Below are positions 1-11,240 of a stretch of 64,000 nt of DNA, piece by piece. How positions within the stretch are numbered: the stretch's first letter is position 1; every line of letters starts with the position of its first letter. The stretch lies in the NCBI GenBank assembly GCA_013239625.1, contig MU053597.1:1664-65663 (forward strand), read 5' to 3'. A program made the position numbers and the translations under genes. This stretch comes from Lama guanicoe (lineage: Eukaryota). The notes beneath the pieces were generated by a model that worked only from the letters and a program-made list of their open reading frames with translations, did not search any database and was not told the origin of the DNA.

Positions 1-95
1 CTGTGATGCTTAAATGAAAAGCTATGCAAAGTGTCTGGCAGTTCCCTGCACAAACTAACAGCTCAATAACTGTTAGGTAATATTATTATTGTTAC
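1..95 (+). mobile_element. MIR SINE 3' fragment
   Basis: TAAATGA...GCAAAGTG...CTGGCA...GCTCAATAA...TATTATTATT, typical of the MIR 3' end. Confidence 0.6.
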
Positions 96-290
96 CGTTA
101 CTCTTTTACAAAGACAACATCTCAATGAAGTAGAATGATAGTCTTATCTACTCTGTTGCTGCAAGGATGAGAGAGAACACTGTACTTCAATGATTCTAAC
201 ATGCTCATTGTCTCACACTTCAACATCTCTGACGTGGGAATGCAATTTAAAATTCTTGTCTTACAACCATAGCTGGCAGCTCCTCCCAGG

Positions 291-318
291 CCCGCCCCGC
301 CCCGCCCCGCCCCGCCCC
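291..318. repeat. (CCCGC)n run at the start of intron 1 of the ankyrin gene
   Basis: cccgccccgccccgccccgccccgcccc; G-rich on the minus (sense) strand just after the donor site. Confidence 0.9.
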
Positions 319-324
319 TGTTAC

Positions 325-539
325 CTGTTCCTCCTGTCTCTGCTGTCTACGACATTGTTTTTACGTGACAGCAACTCCTGCACTTCACGCCTGTAACCTA
401 AATATGCGGCTCTGTGGAACTCCTTCAGCTCACCACTGTGGACGTAATACCCAGGCACGGAGTTCTCACGATTCCTGAGCTCTCTCAGATGGATGGTGAA
501 GCCCACCCATCTCGCTAACTTAACAAGTCCCTTCTTCAT
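325..539 (-). CDS. First coding exon of an ANKRD26/POTE/ANKRD7-family ankyrin-repeat gene; continues beyond the left edge
   Basis: ATG at 539, open frame MKKGLVK...PGYYVHSGELKEFHRAAYLGYRREVQELLSRKNNVVDSRDRRN, ending AAC AG|GTAAC (donor 323-324). Matches recalled ANKRD26 exon 1 (MKK...[44 protein letters not shown]|T) including the intron position. The exact paralogue cannot be assigned. Confidence 0.85.
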
Positions 540-589
540 CTGGCTTATCGCCTTCCGACACCGCTCACTTCCCTCCTGGCCTCTTGCCG

Positions 590-740
590 CCTTCCGGTCT
601 CAGCGCGGGCGCTACAGAAGAGCCACAGAGGTCTCGCTGCCACACCTTGGCTGCGAAGCTCAGCGGCTTGGAATGTTTGGTTCGGAACACTCGTGGCCTA
701 GCAACAGCACTGACCCTCAACTGTCCCTCAACTGTCCCTC
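590..740 (-). promoter_or_regulatory. Putative promoter/5'UTR of the ankyrin gene
   Basis: Local CpG enrichment upstream of the ATG; RFX-like GTGGCCTAGCAAC (693-705); ETS core CTTCCGG (591-597). Confidence 0.45.
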
Positions 741-2327
741 CAGAGCCAGTGTCCCTGTGAGCGCGCACAGAGGTCCGGAGGCCCAATGTGCCCAGTGAGC
801 ATATGGGAGCCTAAGGCATTTCAAATCTCTGCAATTGCTTGTGGGCCATTTTGGATTCCCTTCAAATGTTGGTGCTAGGTGGCCGAGTGTTTCAGGGTAT
901 TTCCTGAAGTGAGGCTTGCCCCTGAGAAAGCCATGTTTGTATGCAACTGTGGTTACAGTGGGGTGGAACCACAGGATGCTGAAGGCCCAGTCCCCCAGAG
1001 AGCTCCCCACCAGACATCTCTACATCGCCTTATCCCTCCGTTCATTCCTTTCCACATCCCTCTGGGCCCCAGCCAGTCTCCAGGGAATTTAGTGGATGCA
1101 AACAGCAGAAAGCTGTTTTCATGGTTTCAGAGACTGTGGCAATATGTCTCATTAAGTACAAACTTGAGAAACCAATACACGCTCTCCAGAAGAAATGAAA
1201 ATGTGTTTCCCCACGTCTGCTGACCCTGCTCTGTGGCTCAGCCTTATGTTTACACGCTTTCTTCACTTCGTTTCATTTTTTGCTTTTATTTCCAACCAGT
1301 TAAGTCTTTATAATCAACCCAAGGTTTATTTGGGAACATGGTATATAACATTTGAGAATTTTTAATCACATAACACTATGAAGACACCATGTCAGTTACT
1401 CAGCGAGGCCAGGCTGCTGGCTGACCACTTGCAGGAGGGGCGGAAGGCAGGTCAGGCCTCTTCTTCCTGCCCACCTCCATCCTTCCTCCCTCAGCTGGCT
1501 AATTATGGCTTCCGGCCCTGCCAGGATCAAAACTGCAGGGGGCGGCAGAGTTCCTAAGTGGCTGACACTCCTGGGAGCTGGTCTTGAGCGGACTGGACCT
1601 GGCAAGTGTTTTGAAGCTGACTCTCTCAGGGGCATTTCTGGGCCCACACCTGCCCTCACCTGCAACTCCCCTGACCTAAGTGAATGTGGTGTTACTAATT
1701 GACCCTTTTAACCTATCTTTTCTATTAGCATACACCGTCATTTCCCTCATCGTAATAAAAAAAAAAAAAAAAAAAGATGCGTCCACCCTCCAGCTGCAGC
1801 CCCATCTCTCTGCTCTCCGGCACACACGCCCCCTGCCCCTGCAAGGGAGCTCTTCCCATTCGCTTCCTCTGATTCCTCTCATTTTCCATCCAAGCAAACG
1901 TGTCCACTCCCTGCAACTGCTCACGACAGGGTCCCCCACCACCCACCAGGTGCTCACTTCACGGGGAGCTCTCAGTCCTCTCCTCGCACGGCCCGGCAGC
2001 CACGCTTCCCACTGTTGCTCTCCCCGACTTCCTCAAGCCCTTTCCTCACGGGGCTTCCCAGCTCTCAGGCTGCTCTGGTTTCCTCCCACGGCCCTGGCCA
2101 CTCTTCTCAGTCCCAGCCCGAGTGCTGGCACACAGCACCCCTGAGGCTCAGTCTTCCGGCCTCTGCTACTTTCTCCTGCCACCCCCACCAGCCTTAGGGC
2201 TTTATGTATTCTCGACGAGTTCACAACTTCCAAACTGCTATTTCCAATCCAGACCTCCCTCCTGTATTCCAGACTCAAATACCCACTGCCTCTCAACGTC
2301 ATCTCTTGGAAGTTTAACAGGACTTCT

Positions 2328-2622
2328 CCTGGGCCGGCCCTCTCCTGGTCCTGCCCTCACCTCGTCCTGCCCTCTCCTGTTTCTGCGCTCACTTGGGTCT
2401 GCCCTCAGGTTTGTCTGCCCACCCCTGGGCCTGCCCTCTTCTGGTCCTTCCCTCTCCTGGTCCTACCCTGTATCTACTTGGCCTCCCCTCACATGGCCTG
2501 CCCGCATCTGGGCCTCCCCTCTCATGGGGCTGCACCCTACTGGGCCTACCCTCACCTGGGCCTGTCATGTCCTTTGCCTGCCCTACCCTGGGCCTGCCCT
2601 CTCCTCTTCTTGCCCTCTCTCT
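2328..2622. repeat. Degenerate ~16-bp minisatellite (CCTGGGCCTGCCCTCT/A)
   Basis: About 18 diverged units visible by eye; explains the Pro/Leu-rich spurious ORFs here. Confidence 0.8.
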
Positions 2623-2625
2623 CCG

Positions 2626-3018
2626 GGGGAAGCAAGCCAGAAAGAGAAAGAAAAATACCACGTGAGATGATTCATATGCGGAATCTTAAAAAAAACACAA
2701 AATATAAATGCAAAACAGTAACAGACTCATACACACAGAATACAAACTTGTGGTTGACAAGGGGGTGTGGGGTGGGAAAGGACAGACTGGGAGTTCGAAA
2801 TTTGCAGATACTGACAGGCATATGCAGAATAGAGAAACAAGATTACACTGTATAGCACAGGGAAATATATACAAGATCTTATGGTAGCTCAGAACGAGAG
2901 TGAATGTGACAATGAAAATATGTATGTTCATGTGTAAGTGAAAAATTGTGCTCTACACTGGAAATTGACACAAGATTTTAAACTGACCATAACTCAACAA
3001 AAAAAAGTGTTAAAAAAA
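2626..3018 (+). mobile_element. L1 3' end (cetartiodactyl/camelid type), 5'-truncated
   Basis: AAGCCAGAAAGAGAAAGAAAAATACCA...GGAATCT...TGTATAGCACAGGGAA...GAAATTGACACA followed by an A-rich tail. Confidence 0.85.
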
Positions 3019-3434
3019 GGTGCTCCATTCAGAGCTATGGTTACATGCTGATCTTTCAGGGACAGAGACTAGGTTGGAACCTAAATGTACAGACTGGGAG
3101 AGAAAGGGATTTCAGCTACTCTGACCACTTCGTGTTGAATGAAACAGAGAGGCCAAGCCCTCACATTTCAAAAGTGCCCAGTTGGTGGGGCAGGAGAAGG
3201 GAAGAAACCTCCTTAACAAAGGTCCCAGATGAGAAAATGGCCCAGTGACACTCACTCAGCCCAGACGGCCTTCAGCCTGAATGTGAACGTGGGGAACCCG
3301 GGCAGAAGTAGGCGTGAGGCCTCCCCTCACCTGCGCAAGGTGGAGACAGCTCTCAGCACCCCCCTCACCACCCGCCTGTCCAGCCTTCCTCACTGAGTCA
3401 CAAGGGAACTGGGTGGAAAGAATTTCAGTCTCAT

Positions 3435-3563
3435 GCGTTTGGCCCTGGGCGGGGCTGGGACTCCCCTTCCATCTGAGTGGAGGGCAGTGATGTCCCCGGA
3501 ATAGGGTGTGTCTGGAATCAGCTGCTCCAAGTGCCCCGTGTGGGTGTTTCCTGGCACCACAAT
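3435..3563 (-). pseudogene. COL12A1: COL12A1 FN3 exon remnant (third of three)
   Basis: [42 protein letters not shown] vs recalled [43 protein letters not shown]; 1-nt deletion, acceptor AG>TG, donor GT>AT. Confidence 0.9.
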
Positions 3564-4006
3564 CAAGAGGGGAGGACCTGACAAATTCTGTCTGATGACA
3601 ATCCAAATGCTTACCGAGTCTTTTATTAGCCAGTATTACAACGTTTATAGTAAAGGGCTGAGCCCAGACACAGCAGAAGTCAACCTCTGCGCTACCTCGT
3701 GAGATCTGCCCAGGCCACAGCATTGGATGTAATTTACTCTCATAAATTCCCTCTCCATTAAATGTGAGCTCACACTTGACCCTTAGCTACTTCAACAACC
3801 TCCCATTTAGGTTCCTGGGGAAGGTTCTCACATACAACATCCAGGGCTTATGATAGTGACCCCAAAACATCCCAAAAGATAAGAGCAGTCAGAACACGTC
3901 CTGCCACACACAGGATGCAGGTCAACATTCGGACAGGCTCAAGCTGTGTTTATCTTTGTTCATGGTCCCTGCCTCTTTTTGTAAAGTCTTGTAAGTTTAG
4001 TTTATT

Positions 4007-4183
4007 NNNNNNNNNNNNNNNNNNNNNNNNNNNNNNNNNNNNNNNNNNNNNNNNNNNNNNNNNNNNNNNNNNNNNNNNNNNNNNNNNNNNNNNNNNNNNN
4101 NNNNNNNNNNNNNNNNNNNNNNNNNNNNNNNNNNNNNNNNNNNNNNNNNNNNNNNNNNNNNNNNNNNNNNNNNNNNNNNNNNN
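4007..4183. other. Assembly gap (N run)
   Basis: Run of N; left flank GTAAGTTTAGTTTATT resembles a reversed SINE tail. Confidence 0.98.
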
Positions 4184-4537
4184 GTGTGTTACAAGCCCAT
4201 ATTGACAAGGTCTATGAACGATTTGGATTTACTTCTGGGGTTTTTTAACTCATATATAGCTAACTTGCATTTTCCCCAAATTCATTTTTGCTTACTAACC
4301 CTACCCTACATACCCTTATGATTTACTTCATCAAAAGCAATCACTTAAGCATTGTACGCGGGCATGTTTGTGGCCTGTATTCTCAAAGGCTGCCAAGCAC
4401 GACACATCAGGAAATGAGTGTACACCTGACCCAGGGCCACACCAACTCATCTACTGCCCTGTGCCACAACCACAGCAGGAGGCACCATAAAATCTACAAA
4501 ATTCTTCTGCCAGCTCTGAGCTGACAACAGTACTTAC

Positions 4538-4674
4538 GGGTTCCGGGGGCCTTGTGCCAGCCAGGGGAGCGCACACATGCGGCGCTGTTGCACCGGCCAG
4601 GGGCGGGGTCCAGCCAACGTCCCCGCTGTTTGGCGGACTGTACACTTGGACATTTTTGGCCAGTCCTCTCACCA
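4538..4674 (-). pseudogene. COL12A1: COL12A1 FN3 exon remnant (second of three)
   Basis: TTTTCTCAG|TG GTG AGA...GAA CCC|GTAAGT; VRGLAKNVQVYSPPNSGDVGW...APLAGTRPPEP vs recalled [47 protein letters not shown]. Confidence 0.92.
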
Positions 4675-5882
4675 CTGAGAAAAGAAAAGGCAACACATAT
4701 TTCTTATGTCTATTTACACATGTCAAGCTATCACTTATCCCGAACTTCTGCTCTGTAGTAGGAGAAATACTGACTTCCTTAAACTTTGGATTATCTACAC
4801 ACAAAAGCAGATGACAACTCTCCAAATACAAATTTAGCCAAACTTAGCCAACTAGGGCCTTGGTCTCTACGGGAGCTAAGTTGGTGCCAATAAAAACAAG
4901 CTAGTAAAGGCAGTAGTACTGGGTTGGCCATAAAAGGACAAGGGACAAGGGCAAGAAATCAGAAAAGAAGCTTCAGCTTTCCAGCACAGGTCATGGAGAG
5001 AGAGACAAGAGGATTCTATCATCTCCACCTCTAAATGAGAACTGACAACACCGAGGACTTCCATCTAATCTGGGCGGCTAGGTTAGACGGTTTCAATCAT
5101 TCATTTTTTCTCATTCAACAGACAGACACTGAATGTCTTCTGTGATTAAAGGAAAAGGCAAAGAATGAGAAATTAAAGATACACTCAGTTCTCAATTAAC
5201 TACCCAAGTAGGGACTTAGAAAGACATGCAAATTAAATCCATGTATTAACCCCAAACTCCAGTTTAGCCAATAACATCATTTTTCTAGACTACTAACCTT
5301 TTGCCAAGAGAAGTCATCCACACTTGCTTTCTTTTAGCCATCAGCACGTGTATTTTTAAGCCAAAAAAAACTTTAGAGGTATGCACCAAAGCCTTTAAAC
5401 AATACTACGAAGAACTGTAAAACCACTCTGAACTGGTTTCTCAACATGTTAACAGCAAATGAAAGCACACAGATTTTCAACGCCAAAAGTACTTCATCAG
5501 CAAATAGAGAAATGTGCTATCAGGTAATGTGACCAATAGATTTCAACAACTGACACTGAAAGCCAGTGACAAAATACTGCTTCACATAAATTTATCAAGC
5601 ACAAAACAAAACCCATTAAAACTTTTGTCGGTCAAAGAGAATACTCATAACTGTATACACACAAATCCTGAGGTTATCATTTCAGAAGAATGTCATAAAT
5701 TTTTTATTTCATACACTAAAATATTAACTGATGAGGGTTGGGAGGTAAACTATGGGCAATTGTTACATTTTTCTTCCATCATTATGAATGTCCCTAATTT
5801 TCTTTAACAGGCCTATATGGCCTTTATACTGAAAAGCAAAACGCCTCATGAAAAAACTAAAATTTTCTGCCTTCTTACTTCC

Positions 5883-5955
5883 ATGTCCTTCCAGTGTCTG
5901 CTGTACGCTCTCCATCGCCCTCAGTATAAACGGGAACCACTGTAACGGTGTATGG
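5883..5955 (-). pseudogene. COL12A1: COL12A1 FN3 exon remnant (first of three, 5'-truncated)
   Basis: [24 protein letters not shown] vs recalled [24 protein letters not shown]; donor GT>GG; truncated by the junction to GC-rich ADGRB1-derived DNA. Confidence 0.92.
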
Positions 5956-8379
5956 AGAGGAGGGGTCAGATCAGGAGAGGCCAGGCAGGGGCCACTGGCT
6001 CAGAGGACAGACTGACCCCGAGGCCTAGACATGACCCTGGTCACACACTGAGCCTTGATCTGCATCACAGACTGACTTTTGATCCTGGACACAGGGTGCC
6101 TGGCTCCCATCACAGACAAGCCCTGATCCAGGTCACAGACTGCACCCCGATCTTGGCTGCACTTCCATCACAGAGGGGCACTCAGCGAGTGGTGGCTGCT
6201 CCCCATCTCGTACTGAGCCCTGATCCAGGTCACAGGTTGCCCCGACCTTGGCCGCGCTCCCACCACGGAGGGGCACTCAGCGAGCGGTGGCTTCTATTTC
6301 TGTTATCGTTGTTGTACCTTTAACGTTGTGTCCCACTCACAGTTGACCCGACAAATGATATTCAGGCCAATGCACCTACAACCGGGGGAGTCCCCGCAAG
6401 GACTCCTGGGGCCCGCAGTGCTCAGCAGAGGCTCCCAGGACCCCCTTTGCTGGGTGGCCACAGGGCTCCTGGGCTGGGTGGGCTGTGAGGGGGCAGCAGA
6501 GGAGTGGACAAGGCTATGGGGTGGGCTGCCCCTCCAGGCCCAGAAAGAAGCAGCCATTCTTCCCTGGCTCAATGCCCCCTCTGTCTGGAAGCCTCGTTTA
6601 CGTCTCATTACAGGATGAATAGAGCCAATTAATGGTGGCCAGGCAGCCTTGGCCACCCAGGAGAGATGGCACATGGTGAGAGGGCTCCCAGCTTCCTTCC
6701 ACCCTGGCGCCCCAGCCTGGAGGCTGTGGCCTCCCTGGTCCCTGTGGCCCCAGTGGGCCGGGATGAGGGCCCTGGGAGAGACCCGCATCCTGCTAGGCCT
6801 TCCTACTCCCTGGGCAGAGCTCTCCCCAGCACAGCAGGTGGGGCAGCAGAGGCAGTGGGGCAACCCCTGTCCATTCCTGCCCTGCCCTCACCCACCAGGC
6901 TGGTTCCCCAGGCATCCAGGGCGTGGTCCAGGGACTCTGAATTTATGGCTTGTCCTGGGGCATGGGAGTTCCTCCTCAGCCCCTTGTGTGGATGTCCAAA
7001 TGAGGACCACAGGGGACAGGACAGCTCTCTTAATTCCCCCACCAAGTCCCCAGTCCCTCCCACCCCAGCACCCATGGGTCCTGACTTGGCCCATCTGGCC
7101 AGGGGTAGGAAAATGCACAAAAGACTACCATAAGAGGGAGAGGGACACAGAACTGAGAGGCCGGGGGAGCAGGAGGGCAGCTGCAGAGGGGCCCCCGGGT
7201 AGGGGTGGAGATGGAGGAGAGGGGACAGTTGCTCTGGCCAGAGAAACACTTGCCAGACAGACATGTGATGTGGCCACGTGGCATTTGGACAGGCCGGGTG
7301 GTGGCAGGGCTAAAAACAGGCCACGTGTTGGCCTGGGCCTCTCTTGCTGACTCCCAGCTTGGCTGGGGATGGAGGAACACAGGTGACACAGCCTCCCCTA
7401 GGCAGTGTGAGGGGCGAAGCTCCCTGGCACAGGCTCAGACAGCAAGAACTGGGACAAGCACCTGCCTAGCTCAGCTGTGTGTCTTCTGAATGACTGCTGG
7501 ACCTCTCTAGTCTGCATGCCACCCCACCCTGACACACATGCGTGTACACACACACACACACACACACACACTCTCTCCCAGTAGAGTGCTGGGCAGGAGA
7601 CACCCCAGGTGGGACCACCAGCTGACAAGAGCTGACTCTTACCTCTGTCTCTCCTTACAAGCTGTGTGGCCTTGACTGCTGTTTAACCTCTCTGTCCCTC
7701 ATTCCACTACATAAGTATTAATGCAGGCCTGCTGTGTACCGGGTTTCATCAGCCAGCAGGGCAAACTTCCCTGCCCTGTTGGGGGTACATCGTGGAAGAA
7801 CAGAGAATAAGGACACGGGAATTATCCAGTGTTCACAGGCGATGCCATGTGGGAAGAGAAAAAGACACGGCATACAGTGAGAATGCGGCTGGGGCTGCTG
7901 CCACTTGAAGCAGCATGGTCAGGGGCTCAGGGCAGCCAGGGTGCAAGCAAGCTGAGGGAAGGGGCCCCGTGGGCATGTGGGGAAGAGTGTTTCAGCGTGG
8001 GGAACAGCCCATGCAAAGGCCCTGTGCAGGTGGCCACCTGGCTGGGGAGCCAACCCCCGGGCTGCTGGGAGGAGTAAACTGGTTAACAGGTGGTGTTTCC
8101 TGCACAAAGGAGACACTCAGACGCAGCTGCTGTCACCACCACCAAGATGATTTTCATTCCCAAGGTCTCAGAGCATCAAGGCCTTCGGAGTCTCGGGCAC
8201 ACGCATGGGGGTCTGAGCTGACCCTGGGCCCGGGTGACCATGTCCTGTCCTGCAGCCAAGCTCCCCACTTCACACTGTGGCAGCCCCAGCCCTCAGGCCC
8301 TGTGAGCCGTCTTCCTCCAAGGCCCCCAGCCCTGCCACACAGCTCTGACACGTGCTTTGTCACAACTACTGAAATCAGC

Positions 8380-8720
8380 CTACACACGTACTCATACACA
8401 GTGGACACGAGTACCTCCCACGCTCACACACATGCACAGAAGAACCCAATGAACACGTGCACATACCGACATGCTGGAAGGGGGCAGTCATGACCATGTG
8501 CACACACGTGCCCCATGCACTGCACACATGCAAACACACCCCTTGAGCACACAATATATGCTGGCAATGCACATGTGAATGCACACACACATGCCGTGTA
8601 CACGCACAACAGTACTTGTAAACATGGATGCGTGAAGACAGACATGCTTGCACAACACACAGCACACACACACACACGTGGATGCAGGAGCACAAGTACG
8701 TGCACACACACACACACAGG
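8380..8720. repeat. CA-rich low-complexity tract; a pure (CA)n also lies at ~7546-7571
   Basis: Repeated CACACATG/CACACACG units. Confidence 0.85.
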
Positions 8721-10431
8721 CACAGTTCTGCCCGCCCCCTTCCAGCACCACTCCCCAGCATTCCCATTCTCAGAATCTCTGCGCGCGGCCATGGTACCCA
8801 TCCCCATCTCCTAACCTCCCTCTCCCTGCCCCAGCCCTCCAGATTCCCTACCAGATAATGAACAAAGATACAGGCGACTTTTCATCAGTAACACTGCTTA
8901 GAAACAATCTCATTCCTCAAACAAGGAAAAAGATGTTTTTACTCTCAGTTTTAAAGACGAGGGGTCTGAGGGGATGGAGGAGCTGATGGGTTGGGCCCAG
9001 GGACACTCACTGTGTGCGTGCGTCAGGTCAGGCTATGCCCCAGCCAAGGTCACAGTGACCTCTACCTTGCCCAGCCCGAACAGCCCTGGGGGCCTGATCC
9101 CTGATGGGAGATGGGAATTTTCTGATGTGTCCTCGATGCCACACCTGCACCCCCTTCCCGGGGCTCTGGCCACCTCTTCCCTCCTCTCCTGATCCTCTCC
9201 GTCACCTTGCTGCTTCACAGACCCTTCTAATCTGGGGTCCTCAGCCTGGGCCATCAGTAGAAACAGGTCCAGGATAACCAGCTTCCTTTGTGACCCCACT
9301 TAGCTTATTCTGTGCCTCTACAGAGGCTATTCTGTGGAACCCATCAGTGCCACTGGCTCAGGAGAGGCCAAGGGCCCTGGACCATGTCATCTGGCCCTGT
9401 GACGGCCAGGAAGCATGAACGCCCAAGCCTAGCCTGGCACCTGCTGCCCTCCCTGCCCTGGCTAAGGCTCCGGCCTCCTGCAACATCCTGGGCTTTCTGC
9501 AAAGGGGGGCTCCCCACCTGCCCTGCTGCCATGGAGGCCCGGCCGGGGTCCCAGCCCACTGCTCATGCCCTCCTGTAGGGGTGGCCTTCTCACCAAGGAA
9601 ACCAAATGCTAAAAAGACAGACTGCCCCAGCCCCTCCTTGCTGGGACCCGCCCAGCACACAAGTATCCCCGCCTTTGCCTCTGACACCCACAGGGCTTGC
9701 CTACACCTCTTCCAGAATCTTGAACATGGCCCCCTGAACAAGACAGCCATTGACTCCAGATGACACACAGCAGGGACACTCCGACACCAGGGAACCTCCC
9801 CCCTTCACCTGACCCCTGCTTCTTGTGTTTGGCTGTTAACACCTTCCCCCTCCCCCGACCCAGAAGGCAGCTCCAGGACACAAAGGGCTTTCCTTCTGCC
9901 TCTTCACTGCACCTCGTCCCTGGCACCAGAACACTTCACAAGCACTGGGGAACTAGCTGCTTGGTAAGGATTTGTGCAGCCACAACACGTGCAAACCCCA
10001 AAGGACATCTCCTGACCACACTTCCCGACAGCCCACTCTCATTTTTTCTCCCAAGCCCCAGGAGGCCCCTGCAGACCCTGGCCACAGGCCACAGGCCACA
10101 GGCCACGGCAGCCTGCTGGCCCATCAGAATCATCCTACCTGCAAAAGAGGAGGGACCTTTGCCCAGCCGGAAATGAAACACTCCCTTATACCAGGAGAAA
10201 CCAGACCATCCTTCCCTGCACACTCAGCAAGCACCTCCCAGTGTGCCGCACCACGCCTGGCCCTGGGGGCCGAAGGCAGGCACCCCAGGTCCCTATTCTC
10301 ACAGTGCAACTGGCTTCCCCGACGGAGCCCTCAGGGACGGGTGGCCAGGCCACGCCTGAAGAGGACACCCTCTCCCCCTTGCCCTCTGCCCAGAGGGCTG
10401 CCCCCTGGGCCTCTCCCCACCGGTCACTCAC

Positions 10432-11240
10432 CTGGGGCGCATCCCCGCCCCGGTCCTGGGTCAGGCTGGTGAGGCAGTTCTCAGGGCCACCAGCCACGTC
10501 TCTGCAGCTGCGGTTGCCCGTGACCAGGTGCTCCACGGAGAGGTCGTTGTTGGGGTGGGAGGGCCCCACTCTAGGGCCTGCAGTCACTGTCTTGGGGAGG
10601 CTGCTGTCCCTTCATCTGCAGGAACTGCCTGCTGGCCTGCAGGAAGGCCAGGGGCCCCAAAGGGTCACAGAGCCTCAGCACCTCATCACAGCTCTCCCTG
10701 CCCAGGTAGGTGCGCACGGACTCCAGGAAGGAGTCGAACTGGTAGTGTGGATGTGGGCGGGGCTGCTGCAGGCGGTGCCTTGGCCACCCCCATGTAGAGC
10801 TTGTGCTGGTGCGGGTCTGGGTTGCGTAGCATCCAGGAGCAGCGTGAGGTGCTGGAAAGGAACTCAGCAGCCGCCAAGAAGTACCTGAAGAACCTGCCCT
10901 GCATCAGCATGGGACACGGCTCAGCCCCAGGAACGTCTGCCCCCGAGGACACACAAGCCTGGTGTCCCAGAAGCAGCAACAGCAGCGGATGGAAAATCCA
11001 AAGGGCGCCCGGGGCAGCGCCTGGCCCTTCATCCTAGCTGGAGGGGCTGCCGGGGTTCCACAGGCTGGGCAGGAAGGCACGGGCCAGGCCTTGGCATGCC
11101 AGAATGCAGAGGCAAGGCTAGGGCTAGGTCACAGAGACTGAGCCGAGGCAGGAGGAAGAGAGGGCTTCAGATGACCAAGGGGGCAGCACTGACTCCTAAC
11201 ATCCGGGGCCCGGATGCTGGCCTGGGGCTGCCAGCAGCGG
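10432..11240 (-). pseudogene. ADGRB1: ADGRB1 (BAI1) first coding exon, pseudogene copy 1
   Basis: Acceptor TTTCTCTTTCAG|11240, ATG 11032 (MKGQA then -1 frameshift), [64 protein letters not shown], donor CAG|GTGAGT; several frameshifts and an internal deletion. Confidence 0.95.

Noticed and set aside
1396..1675. Acceptor-like CACTTAG|GTCAGG with an 89-aa minus-strand ORF
   Set aside because: No recognisable protein similarity in any frame and no convincing donor
1900..2670. 256-aa plus-strand ORF and overlapping ORFs
   Set aside because: Built from C-rich low-complexity DNA, a 16-bp minisatellite and the start of an L1; no recognisable domain
6303..7489. Long overlapping ORFs (186-270 aa) here and in the paralogue at 47325-48351
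   Set aside because: GC-rich intron DNA depleted of stops; indels between the paralogues shift the frames, so there is no coding constraint
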